A stretch of 64,000 nt of DNA from Vicinamibacteria bacterium (GTDB lineage Bacteria; Acidobacteriota; Vicinamibacteria; Marinacidobacterales; Marinacidobacteraceae): the NCBI GenBank assembly GCA_963555995.3, contig OY821641.1, positions 2,048,001 to 2,112,000 of the forward strand. Direction: 5' to 3'. The notes beneath the pieces were generated by a model, which was not told the origin of the DNA, searched no databases, and worked only from the letters and a program-made list of their open reading frames with translations. How positions within the stretch are numbered: position 1 is the stretch's first letter; each line of letters opens with the position of its first letter. Both the position numbers and the translations under genes were made by a program. Positions 50,351-59,252 of the stretch are shown piece by piece.

Positions 50351-51559
50351 ATGCCAACCTCCCTGCCCCTCCCCGACCCAACCCGGCGTCCGGTCCGGTT
50401 CGCCCCGGAGGCCGTCCAGACGCCCCGGGCACGGCGGGCGCGGCGGCGCGGGACGGTCGCGGCCCGCTCGGAACTGCGGCCCGCCGTCGCCGTCGCCGCC
50501 GAGATCTCGCCGGACGGGATCGGCGGCGAGTGGGACCTCTCGCGCGGCCACGTCCTCCGCTGGCTGGAGGCGCACGTCGGCCCCCTCCCCCCCGGCTTCG
50601 ACGCCGCCTCGCGTCCGGCGGGGGAGAGGGTGCACGTGGAGCGGCATCGGTCGGCAGGCGCCATCGTACGGGCCGTTGACCGGGAAGCGGGATCGAGCCG
50701 GTACTTCGGGGTCTCCCTCGAGGCGGGCGCCTTCGCCGGACTGGCCGCCTGGAAGGCGGTCGTGATCCTCTTCCGCACGGGATCCACGGCCGGGCTCCGC
50801 GCCACGCTGCTGGTTCCGCGCCGGCGCCTCGACCAGCGGACCGCGCCGCTCTGGGTGCCCGGCATCGTGCGCTGGCTCGCGCGTTCCCCGGGGCTCACCG
50901 ACTACGGCTGGCGGCTGCTCCCGGCCCCCTGGATCATCCAGAACGAGGAGGGCGTGGAGGGGCTGATCCACCTCCTCGGAAGCCGACGCCGGACCCGTCC
51001 GGTCTTCGCCATCGGCCTCGGTCCCCGGGAAACGAACCCGGAATCCGCGCCCCTCGACCTCTGGGACCTCGCGCACCGGACCGTGGGTCTCGCGCACGTG
51101 GCGGTGCTGACGGGTCCCATGACCTACGCGCTGACGGACCGGGTGGGCCGCCAGTACAGCGTCTTCGGGAACGCCGTCCGCACCTACCGGCCCGGCTGCG
51201 TCATCGGCAATCGCGCGACGGAACACCCCATGGCGCTCCCCGAAACGGTGCGGCGCTGGCGCGCCGGCGGCCCGCACGACTTCGCCGTCTTCCTCACCCG
51301 GGAAGCGGCGCGGGCCAGCGTCCTCCGGCAGGCGACCCGGGACTGCTGGTTCCCCGAGTCGGTCGAGGCCGGGTCCCGGAACGGGGAAGGGCTTCCCGGG
51401 GCTCCGGATCCCTTCGGGGAGGCGCTCCGCCGCCCGACGGCGGACGGGGACGCCGTGCACCCGCTGGGCGCGGGTGAGGACGCGGCGGCGGGGGATGAGG
51501 GGGCGCTGCCAGCCGAGGATGAGGCAGCGCGGCCGGCCGCGGAGGCTCGGGCAAGTTGA
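50351..51559 (+). CDS. Hypothetical protein
   Basis: AAGGAG RBS, 402-aa ORF with an ordered-looking core (GLAHVAVL...SVFGNAVRTYRPG) and an acidic low-complexity tail. Confidence 0.6.
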   Translation: MPTSLPLPDPTRRPVRFAPEAVQTPRARRARRRGTVAARSELRPAVAVAAEISPDGIGGEWDLSRGHVLRWLEAHVGPLPPGFDAASRPAGERVHVERHRSAGAIVRAVDREAGSSRYFGVSLEAGAFAGLAAWKAVVILFRTGSTAGLRATLLVPRRRLDQRTAPLWVPGIVRWLARSPGLTDYGWRLLPAPWIIQNEEGVEGLIHLLGSRRRTRPVFAIGLGPRETNPESAPLDLWDLAHRTVGLAHVAVLTGPMTYALTDRVGRQYSVFGNAVRTYRPGCVIGNRATEHPMALPETVRRWRAGGPHDFAVFLTREAARASVLRQATRDCWFPESVEAGSRNGEGLPGAPDPFGEALRRPTADGDAVHPLGAGEDAAAGDEGALPAEDEAARPAAEARAS

Positions 51560-51650
51560 GCGTGCGACTCGTGTGCGGCGAGCCGTCGCTGCAAGACCCG
51601 ACGCCCCATGTCCCTGCTGGCATGGCGCCCAACGGACGGAGAGTGTCCCG

Positions 51651-51857
51651 ATGAGCGACTCCAGGTGTGGGAACTCCAGTGACCACACGGTTATCGTCCT
51701 GCTGGTAGCGCTGTTCGTGGTGCTGTTCGGCACGACCGCAAGCACCCACCGGCGTCGGGCCGCTATGGAAGAGCGGCTGCTGGACCGGCTTGATCAGGTG
51801 GATCGGCAGCTGTTGCACACCATCCACCGACGGGAACACGCTGGCGTAGATCAGTAG
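51651..51857 (+). CDS. Small protein with a single TM segment and a coiled coil
   Basis: GGAGAG RBS. VIVLLVALFVVLFG then MEERLLDRLDQVDRQL. Confidence 0.45.
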   Translation: MSDSRCGNSSDHTVIVLLVALFVVLFGTTASTHRRRAAMEERLLDRLDQVDRQLLHTIHRREHAGVDQ

Positions 51858-51966
51858 GCATCGCGGCTCCACTCGCGCCAAGCCCTGCCCCGCCTGCGGG
51901 CCGCGTATCGGGCTGAATTCCCGGCCGTCCAAAGGGTGCGTGCCGTGGGAGTGAATGAGGTTGTGA

Positions 51967-52172
51967 CGTGCGCGGCGCGGAGCGCCGCGGTGCCGGTCTG
52001 GAGACCGGCGTTCCAAGTCGGCGCGTCGTGAGGGTGGGTGGGGGCGCGCCGTGCGCGGCGCGGAGCGCCGCTGTGCCGGCCTGGAGACCGGCGTTCCAAG
52101 CCGTGTGCGTCGTGAGGGTGGGTGGGGTTGTGGTCGTGCCGGTCTGGAGACCGGCGGTCCGAGCCGGCGCGT
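51967..52172 (-). repeat. Tandem array of three REP-A variants (BIME-like)
   Basis: tgccggtctggagaccggcg at 51991, 52074 (variant) and 52137. Both linkers contain gcgtcgtgagggtgggtgggg. Confidence 0.88.
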
Positions 52173-52175
52173 CGC

Positions 52176-54365
52176 CTACCCGCCGGCGGTGAGGCCGAAG
52201 CGTTCGCCCCAGGTCTCGCGGACGTGGGCGAGGATGCGCGCGCCCTCGTCGGTCGCGGCGGCCGGGGACGCGAGGAAATCGCTCGCTTCCTTGCGGGCGA
52301 GGCGGAGGAACTCGGCGTCGCGGACGATGTCGGCGACCCGGAACGGGGGGATGCCCGACTGCCGGGTGCCGAGGAAGTCGCCGGGACCGCGGATGGCGAG
52401 GTCCTCCTCGGCGATCCGGAAGCCGTCGGTGGTGGCCTCCAGCACCTGGAGGCGGCGGAGCGCGGACTCGGTCGGCTTCCCGCCCACCACGAGGATCGCG
52501 GTCGCCGGGTCGGAACCCCGGCCCACCCGGCCCCGGAGCTGGTGGAGCTGCGCCAGGCCGAAGCGCTCGGCGTGCTCCACGACCATCACCGTCGCGTTCG
52601 GCACGTCCACGCCCACCTCGATCACGGTGGTGGCGACCAGCACGTCGAGCTCTCCGGAGGCGAAGGCCCGCATCACCGCCTCGCGGCGCGCCGCGGGGAC
52701 CCGGCCGTGGACGAAGTCCACCTGGAGGCCGCGGAAAGGTCCCTCGGACAGCTCCCGGAACCGGGCTTCGACCCCCGCGCCGGGAAGGTCCTCCGACTCC
52801 TCGATCAGCGGGCAGACGTAGAAGGCCTGGCGGCCCTTCCGCACCTCTTCGCGGACCCGCGCGTACACCTCGGGCAGGCCGGCCGCATCCCGGACCAGGG
52901 TGCCCACCGGCTGCCGGCCGGGGGGGAGTTCGCGGAGTTCGGACAGGTCGAGGTCTCCGTGGAGGGCCATGGTCAGGGTGCGGGGGATCGGCGTCGCCGT
53001 CATCACCAGCAGGTCGGCGCCCCCGCCCCGTTCGACGAGCGTGCGGCGCTGCGCGACCCCGAACCGGTGCTGCTCGTCCACGATGGCGAAGCCGAGGTCC
53101 CGGAACCGGGCGCCGTCCTGGATCAGCGAGTGCGTGCCGACCACGAACTGCGCCCAGCCGCTCGCCACCGCCTGGAGCGTGTCGCGGCGGTCCGCGGCGC
53201 CGAGCCCCGCGGTGAGCAGGACGACCCGGATGCGGTGCGGTTCGAGGAGCGCCCGGATCGTCGCGAAGTGCTGCTCGGCGAGGACCTCGGTGGGGGCCAT
53301 GAGCGCCACCTGCGCTTTGTGGTGGATGACGATGAGCGCCGCGATGACCGCCACGATCGTCTTCCCGGAACCCACGTCGCCCTGGAGCAGCCGCCGCATG
53401 GCGAGCGGGGACTGGAACTCCTCCGCGATGGTGGCGAGGGCTTCCCGCTGCGACGGCGTGAGGCGGAACGGCAGCACCCGGCGGACGAGGCCCCGCAGGT
53501 CGTCGTCCACGGTGAAGGAGTGCCGGCCCGGCCGGTCCACCCGGTCCTGCCGGCGGCGCAGCCGGAGCCCGAGGGCGAAGACGAAGAACTCCTCCAGGAT
53601 AAGCCGCTGGTGCGCGCCGGACCGCCGGCGCTCGAACTCGGCGAGCGAGGCCCCGTCGGGGGGGAAGTGCACCGCTTCGAGCGCCTGCCTTCGGGAGGGC
53701 AGCCCCATCCGCCCGACCAGTTCCTCGGGGAGCTGACCCGGCCCCACCGCATCGCCGTCCTCGAGGAGCCGGTGGAGTACGGTGCGCAGCAGCCGCGGGG
53801 TCAGGGAACCCACCCGTTCGTAGATGGGCACGATCCGGCCGGCGTGCGCGCCGGGTCCGGAATCTGCGGCAGGGGGCTCCGCGGGTGCGTCGCCAGCGCT
53901 CGGGAGGCCGGGCAGCGAGCCGGCGGCGGACGCGTCCCGCTCGCCGGTGACCAGCTCGTAGCCGGGGTTCGCGAACTCGGGGACCGCCCCGGCGAAGGGC
54001 CGCTTGACCTTTCCGAACAGCAGCACCCGCTGTCCCGGCCGCAGGATCTGCTTCAGGTGGACCTGGTTGAACCAGGTCGCCTTCACCGGGCCGCTCGCGT
54101 CGTGCCCGCGCAGCTCGACGATGCGCAGGTTGCGCCGCCGGGTGGGGCGGACGCTGACCGAGGCGACCCGCACCTCCGCCGCCGCGGAATCGCCGTCGGC
54201 CAGTTCGCCGACCGTACGGCGCTCGCTCCGGTCCTCGTAGCGGAAGGGCAGCCGCAGCAGCAGGTCGCCGGCCCGCGAGATCCCGGCCTCGGCGAGCGCC
54301 GCCGCCCGCCGCGGACCGACGCCCGGAAGGAAACGGACCTCGGTGTCCGGCGTGATTCCGGCCAA
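52176..54365 (-). CDS. recG: ATP-dependent DNA helicase RecG
   Basis: QGDVGSGKT, DEQHRFG, MTATPIPRT, QLRGRVGRG, GTRQSG motifs. Confidence 0.97.
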   Translation of the reverse strand: MAGITPDTEVRFLPGVGPRRAAALAEAGISRAGDLLLRLPFRYEDRSERRTVGELADGDSAAAEVRVASVSVRPTRRRNLRIVELRGHDASGPVKATWFNQVHLKQILRPGQRVLLFGKVKRPFAGAVPEFANPGYELVTGERDASAAGSLPGLPSAGDAPAEPPAADSGPGAHAGRIVPIYERVGSLTPRLLRTVLHRLLEDGDAVGPGQLPEELVGRMGLPSRRQALEAVHFPPDGASLAEFERRRSGAHQRLILEEFFVFALGLRLRRRQDRVDRPGRHSFTVDDDLRGLVRRVLPFRLTPSQREALATIAEEFQSPLAMRRLLQGDVGSGKTIVAVIAALIVIHHKAQVALMAPTEVLAEQHFATIRALLEPHRIRVVLLTAGLGAADRRDTLQAVASGWAQFVVGTHSLIQDGARFRDLGFAIVDEQHRFGVAQRRTLVERGGGADLLVMTATPIPRTLTMALHGDLDLSELRELPPGRQPVGTLVRDAAGLPEVYARVREEVRKGRQAFYVCPLIEESEDLPGAGVEARFRELSEGPFRGLQVDFVHGRVPAARREAVMRAFASGELDVLVATTVIEVGVDVPNATVMVVEHAERFGLAQLHQLRGRVGRGSDPATAILVVGGKPTESALRRLQVLEATTDGFRIAEEDLAIRGPGDFLGTRQSGIPPFRVADIVRDAEFLRLARKEASDFLASPAAATDEGARILAHVRETWGERFGLTAGG

Positions 54366-54375
54366 GGGGCGCCCG

Positions 54376-55014
54376 TCAGGGAGCGGCGGGCAGGAGCAGG
54401 ACCTCCCCGGCTCGCAGCTCGATGCCCGCGAGTCCCGCCGGCAGGGGGAAGGGCTCCCCGTGGAGGATGGGGCCGCGCATCCGCTCGAGTCCGGACTCGG
54501 AAACGCCGACCAGTCCCCCCAGCACGGCTTCGGCGATGATGTCGGGCGGGAGTTCCAACCCGGCCACGGTTCCCCGCGCGATCGTGACCGTTCCCGAACC
54601 CCCGGCGCCCCGCACCCGCACCGCGAGGTCCACCGGTTGCGGCGGGGTGCCGGGCGGCGGGGCGAACGGGCCGAGCACCGCGCCCAGCCGGTCCGCCTCC
54701 ACCCGGCCGGTGAGCTGCACCTCGTCGGGGAGGAGCCGGACGTGAACCTCCGTCAGGCCGGCCTGCTCCGTCAGGAAGGCGGTGAGCTGGACGGATCCGA
54801 GGAGCGCGTTCACCTCGTCCTCCGACAGCAGGACCGGTTCGGGAGATCCGGACCGGATCTGGAAGATCTTGAGCCAGGCGCCGCCCTCGAGGGGATCGCC
54901 GGGCGGCGCCGGGGACTGCCGGGCGGGGGCCGCGCCGAGGAGCGGGGCCGCGCCGAGGAGCGGGGCCGCGGCGAGGAGCGGGACCGCGGCGAGGAGCAGG
55001 AGGAGGGGGCGCAA
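54376..55014 (-). CDS. Secreted hypothetical protein upstream of recG
   Basis: Signal-like N-terminus. LSEDEVNALL...PFPLPAGL..IEL..GEV. 10-nt gap to recG. Confidence 0.65.
   Translation of the reverse strand: MRPLLLLLAAVPLLAAAPLLGAAPLLGAAPARQSPAPPGDPLEGGAWLKIFQIRSGSPEPVLLSEDEVNALLGSVQLTAFLTEQAGLTEVHVRLLPDEVQLTGRVEADRLGAVLGPFAPPPGTPPQPVDLAVRVRGAGGSGTVTIARGTVAGLELPPDIIAEAVLGGLVGVSESGLERMRGPILHGEPFPLPAGLAGIELRAGEVLLLPAAP
54926..54997. repeat. Four 18-bp tandem repeats within the signal peptide
   Basis: ggggccgcgccgaggagc x2, ggggccgcggcgaggagc, gggaccgcggcgaggagc. Encodes LLAAVP LLAAAP LLGAAP LLGAAP. Confidence 0.85.
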
Positions 55015-55059
55015 GGAACGGGAGGGATTCTAGGCAACGCAACGCTCGGTGGTGATGGA

Positions 55060-55085
55060 AAATGTTCCCCATGAGTGCTACATTT
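55060..55085. promoter_or_regulatory. Putative DinJ/RelB operator overlapping a -10 element
   Basis: aaatgt-N14-acattt inverted repeat containing TACATT, about 20 nt before the GTG. Confidence 0.4.
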
Positions 55086-55105
55086 GCGCGCACCGAAGAA
55101 AAACC

Positions 55106-55363
55106 GTGCCCAAGACCGAAACGATCCGCGCCCGGATCGAACCAGAACTCAAGAACCAGGCCGAAGCCCTGTTCTCCCAGCTCGGGTTGTCCGCCACCCA
55201 AGCGATCAGATTGTTCTACAAGCAGGCGACCCTCCAGCGGGGTCTCCCCTTCGCGGTGAGACTCCCCAATGCGGAGACTCGCGAAGCCCTCAGGCAGGCT
55301 CAGGAACACGAGGATCTAACCGAATACGAGAGTCTGGAGGACCTGAAGGCAGCGCATCGCTGA
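55106..55363 (+). CDS. dinJ: RelB/DinJ family antitoxin
   Basis: IRARIEPELK..AE..F..LGLS..QAIRLFY...GLPF..RLPNAET pattern. Confidence 0.9.
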   Translation: MPKTETIRARIEPELKNQAEALFSQLGLSATQAIRLFYKQATLQRGLPFAVRLPNAETREALRQAQEHEDLTEYESLEDLKAAHR

Positions 55364-55366
55364 TTC

Positions 55367-55632
55367 GTGCGGCTACTCACGACGAAGCGGTTCGAGAGAG
55401 ACCTCCGGCGCGCCAAGCGGCGCGGTAAGGATCCCGACAGATTGTGGGCCGTCGTGGACTTGCTGCTACAGGGACATCGGCTTCCGCCGCGAAACCGGCC
55501 GCACCGGCTCACCGGTGATTGGTCGGGGTCCTGGGAGTGCCACATCGAGGCTGACTGGCTCCTGATCTGGCATCGCGCCGAGGATGCACTCACCCTGGTG
55601 AGAACGGGCACCACTCCGACCTGTTTGGCTGA
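55367..55632 (+). pseudogene. yafQ: YafQ family toxin with a frameshift just before the C-terminal HSDLF motif
   Basis: H.LTGDW....ECHIEADWLLIW...LVRTGT. The sequence acg ggc acc act ccg needs one extra base to read TGT-HSDLFG-stop (TGA at 55630-55632). Confidence 0.85.
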
Positions 55633-55686
55633 ACAGCCGCGCGGTGACGTCGGCGAGAGGGCTGCGACGTCTGGAATCGGCGGCGC

Positions 55687-56667
55687 CTATCCGGATCCCG
55701 AGAAGACGCGTCGGACGGCATCGCGCGCCGAGGAGTCCTCGGCGTCCGCCCGAATCCAGGTCACCTCCCGCTCGGCGCGGAACCAGGTGAGCTGGCGTTT
55801 CGCGTAGCGCCGGGTGGCGATCACCACCCGCTCCTCGGCGGCGCGGAGTCGGTCCGGGAGGTCGCCGGGTCCCGTGTCCTCCGCCAGCACTCCGAGCACC
55901 TCGCGGTAGCCGATCGCGAGCCGGCCCGGCCATTCGCCCGGATAGCGGTCGCCGAGGCCCCGAACCTCCTTGATCAGGCCGGCGGCGAACATGCCCCGGA
56001 CCCGGCGGACGATCCGGCCCTCGAGGAGATCGCGCGGCGGGTCGAGGCCGGCGATCCGCCAGCGCGCCTCCGGGAGCGGGGGACGGCGGGTCGCCTGGAG
56101 CCGGGAGATGGGCTCTCCCGCCGCGAGCGCCACCTCGAGGGCCCGGACGCGGCGCACCCGGTCGTTCGGATGCACCCGGCGGTGCGCCGCGGGATCGAGG
56201 CGCGCGAGCAGCCGTTCCAGCCAGCGCGGGCCGGACGGCCGGCGATGGATCGCCTCGAGCCGCGCCCGGAGACGCGGATCGGGCTCGGGTCCCTCGAAGA
56301 TGCCGTCGCGGAGCGCCCGGAAGTAGAGGCCGCTGCCGCCCACGACCAGCGGGACCGCGCCGCGCCGCCAGATGTCCCGCACCGCGGCGGCCGCGAGCTC
56401 CGCGTAGCGGCCGGCGGTGCACGGATCGTCGGGGTCGAGCGCGTCGAGGAGGTGATGCGGCCGGCGGGCGCGCATTGCCGGCGTCGGCTTCCCGGAGCCG
56501 ATGTCCAGTTCCCGGTAGACCTGGAAGGCGTCGCAGGAGACGATCTCGACCGGGAACGGGAGCGCATCCGCCACGTCGAGCGCGAGGTCCGACTTCCCGG
56601 TGGCGGTCGGTCCCACGAGCGCCAGGACGAGCGGCCCGGGGGCGAACTCCGGGGACGGGCTACCCAA
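55687..56667 (-). CDS. miaA: tRNA dimethylallyltransferase
   Basis: GPTATGKS, D.FQVYRELDIGSGKP, VGGSGLY, YAKRQLTWFR motifs. Confidence 0.96.
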   Translation of the reverse strand: MGSPSPEFAPGPLVLALVGPTATGKSDLALDVADALPFPVEIVSCDAFQVYRELDIGSGKPTPAMRARRPHHLLDALDPDDPCTAGRYAELAAAAVRDIWRRGAVPLVVGGSGLYFRALRDGIFEGPEPDPRLRARLEAIHRRPSGPRWLERLLARLDPAAHRRVHPNDRVRRVRALEVALAAGEPISRLQATRRPPLPEARWRIAGLDPPRDLLEGRIVRRVRGMFAAGLIKEVRGLGDRYPGEWPGRLAIGYREVLGVLAEDTGPGDLPDRLRAAEERVVIATRRYAKRQLTWFRAEREVTWIRADAEDSSARDAVRRVFSGSG

Positions 56668-56764
56668 GACGGCGGAGCAGGGCGATCAGCAGCAGGACGA
56701 GGACGACCACGCCTCCGGCGCGCAACTGGCCCGGCGAGAAAACGAACCCGGCCCGCCAGCTCAC
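56660..56764 (-). CDS. Candidate 34-aa membrane micro-protein
   Basis: GTG overlaps the spoIID-like stop (GTGA) and its TAG lies within the first miaA codons. VSWRAGFVFSPGQLRAGGVVVLVLLLIALLRRLG. Confidence 0.5.
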   Translation of the reverse strand: MSWRAGFVFSPGQLRAGGVVVLVLLLIALLRRLG

Positions 56765-58941
56765 GGGACCGGCCGGATCTCGGTCTCCGGGTAGTAGTGG
56801 GCCAGGATTTCCCGGTAACCGGCCCCGGCGGCGGCCATGCCGTAGGCCCCGGCCTGGCAGAGGCCGAGGCCGTGGCCCCAGCCCCGTCCGGAGAACCACC
56901 ACTCGGTCACCTCGCCGGCTTCATCGCGCCGCGGTTCGGCCCGGAAAAGGTTCTCGGCGAGACCCAGCAGGCGCCGGATGCGGAGTCCCCGCAGTTCGAG
57001 ACTCCCCGAGGTCCCGACGATCTCGAGGCGCACGATCCGGCCCGAGGCCCCAAACTCCAGCGGTTCGAGCGCCACGATCCGGCCGATGGGCTTCACCGCG
57101 TTTACCGCCGCCGAGAGATCGGTGTTGTTCTTCGGAACGAACCACGAGCTTTGCCGGGAGAAGCGGTCCTCGGCGTCCCCGAGGTCTTCGAGGACCAGCA
57201 GGTCGAACGGGACGGGTTCGTCCGCTGCCGGCCCGGCGGCAGCGCGATAACGGACGAAGTCCCCGACGCGGAGCCGCAGCTCGCCGGTGGACACCGCGAG
57301 CGGCGGCGGATCGTCGCGGCCGGGGGTACGGGTGGGACGGATCTCGCGGAAGAGGAGAGCGCCGCCGCCGGATTCGAGCCGGATCAACGGCGGCTCGGCG
57401 CGCGGGATCCCGCCGGCGTCCTCTTCGAGCGTGATGCGGACCCAACCGTCGAGGACCGCGACCTCCCGGATCTGGCCGCGCCGGAAGAGGGTCCCGTCCC
57501 GGCGGAGCAGCGACGCCGCGACCCCGATCACCTCCCGCCGGCTCACCGGCCGGGCCGGGTCGAGCCCCCGTTCGCTCGGATCCAGCAGGCCCTCGGCGAG
57601 CAGCCGGCCGAGGGCTGGATCTCCCTCGCGGGCCAGCTCGCCGCCGTCCGGGCCGGGACCGAGCGCCGGGGCTCCCGGTTCCCGGCAGCGGATCTCCTCC
57701 GCCAGCCGGCCGAACGCGCCGAGTGAGAGCTCTGCCCCGGGGACGCGGCCCGGATCACACGACCTGAGTCCGAGCCAGCGGACCGCCGCCGAAAGGACGT
57801 CCGCGGCCTCCCGGCCGGTCGCCGGCCCGGACAGTCCGGCGCCGTTCCAGCCGGAGACCGGCGCCCCCGCGAGCCGGACGAGGGCGGCATCGAGGGGACC
57901 GTCCGCCGGCCCGCCGGCCAGCCGGACCCCGTCGGCCTCCCGGATGCACGCCCGCGCCACCAGGTAGGGGGTCGGGTTCGAGAAGACGTTCTCGGCGTTC
58001 TCGGTGTGGCCCCCGCAGGCGGCGGTGTAGAGGGCGTCTATGAGCCGGCCGTCGTGGAAGATCGCCTCCCCGGCGGTCTCCCGGACCGCGGCGGTCGAGA
58101 GCGGATGCTCGGCCGCCACCCCGCCGTAGACCTGGCAGGCCGGTCCGCTGCAGAGGTCGTAGCCGCGCCGGAGGTAGGCGTCCCTCGGGGTGAGCGCGTA
58201 GGTGCGGGCCGCGAGGGCCTGCGCCTTCAGGGCCTCGACCTCCGGGAAGAGATCGGGCGGCAGCTCGCGCGGCACCACCCCGAACAGGTACTCCTCGAGG
58301 TCCGTCCGGTTGACGACGGTGACGCCGGCCCCGCTGCGGAACACCGTGAACGAGCCGCGGTACGGGCTCCCTTCCCATTCGAGGAACCCGCTCGCGGGGG
58401 GCTCGGCGGTCAGGGACACCCCGGCGGGAAAGCGGATCGGCGAACCGCCGAAGGGGCGGACCACCAAGGCCTCCCCGAACGGCGCCGGAACCCGGAAGGT
58501 CCCGGCCTCGGGGAAGCCGGCGGCCCGCAGGCTGGCGGCGTCGGCATCGGGGCCCGGGGACAGGACCGCGAGATAGCGGCCGGTGTCGGGATCGCGCCGG
58601 ACGCGGACCTCGGGGCCGGCGGGCCGCTCCTCGCGGAAGGCACCGGCGACCTCGCGCGCGCGGGCCTCGCCCGCGAAGGAGCCCAGTGCGAGGACGGATT
58701 CCCCGGGGTTGGTCTCGGGGGAGATGAGCGCTTCGGTGGTTTCGATCACCAGTTCGCCGGCGCGCAGAACGAAGGGAGCCGGGGCCGAAATCCGGGCGGC
58801 GGGGACGGCGTCGGCGAGGCCGATCCGGATCTCGCGGGGGGCGGGGGCCTGGGCGGGGGCCGGGGCTGGCGCGAGGATCGCCAGACACAACAGATGGAGA
58901 GCCGAGGGAGAGGTCAACCGAGGCCGTGTAGATGCAGTCAT
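56761..58941 (-). CDS. SpoIID/LytB domain protein
   Basis: LEEYLFGVVPRE, EALKAQALAARTYA, CQVYGG, CGGHTE, GRGWGHGLGLCQ.GA, ILAHYY motifs. Signal peptide follows ATG 58941. Confidence 0.9.
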   Translation of the reverse strand: MTASTRPRLTSPSALHLLCLAILAPAPAPAQAPAPREIRIGLADAVPAARISAPAPFVLRAGELVIETTEALISPETNPGESVLALGSFAGEARAREVAGAFREERPAGPEVRVRRDPDTGRYLAVLSPGPDADAASLRAAGFPEAGTFRVPAPFGEALVVRPFGGSPIRFPAGVSLTAEPPASGFLEWEGSPYRGSFTVFRSGAGVTVVNRTDLEEYLFGVVPRELPPDLFPEVEALKAQALAARTYALTPRDAYLRRGYDLCSGPACQVYGGVAAEHPLSTAAVRETAGEAIFHDGRLIDALYTAACGGHTENAENVFSNPTPYLVARACIREADGVRLAGGPADGPLDAALVRLAGAPVSGWNGAGLSGPATGREAADVLSAAVRWLGLRSCDPGRVPGAELSLGAFGRLAEEIRCREPGAPALGPGPDGGELAREGDPALGRLLAEGLLDPSERGLDPARPVSRREVIGVAASLLRRDGTLFRRGQIREVAVLDGWVRITLEEDAGGIPRAEPPLIRLESGGGALLFREIRPTRTPGRDDPPPLAVSTGELRLRVGDFVRYRAAAGPAADEPVPFDLLVLEDLGDAEDRFSRQSSWFVPKNNTDLSAAVNAVKPIGRIVALEPLEFGASGRIVRLEIVGTSGSLELRGLRIRRLLGLAENLFRAEPRRDEAGEVTEWWFSGRGWGHGLGLCQAGAYGMAAAGAGYREILAHYYPETEIRPVP

Positions 58942-58957
58942 GCGGGTCCGTGAACAG

Positions 58958-59220
58958 CCGTGATGGCGCCGCCGGCCTGGAACGCCGGCTTCAGCCGGCA
59001 CCGCGGCCCGCAGGGCCGCGGGCGGTTCGTCGCTACCCCGGGTGCATTGGCGCCCGCAGCCGAGCCGTCCCGGCGAATGAGGTCCGTCCCACCGCCCGCC
59101 TGCGGCGGGCGGTGCCGGCTGAAGCCGGCGCTCCAAGCCGTACGCGCTGCGAGGCGAAGTAGCGTTGCGACGGGCGCGGCGCGGAGGGCCGCGCGTGCCG
59201 GTCTGAAGACCGGCGGTCCC
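58958..59220. repeat. REPIN-like element B3 plus an adjacent REP-A
   Basis: REP-B at 58979 and 59113 (inverted), REP-A at 59196. Confidence 0.88.
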
Positions 59221-59252
59221 TTTCCGCATGTCCTCAGCGTAACGCCAGGCCG

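Noticed and set aside
51967-52172. CRISPR array interpretation of the tandem palindromic repeats
   Set aside because: Only three units, the linkers resemble each other instead of being unique spacers, the same repeat is scattered singly across the window, and no cas genes are present.
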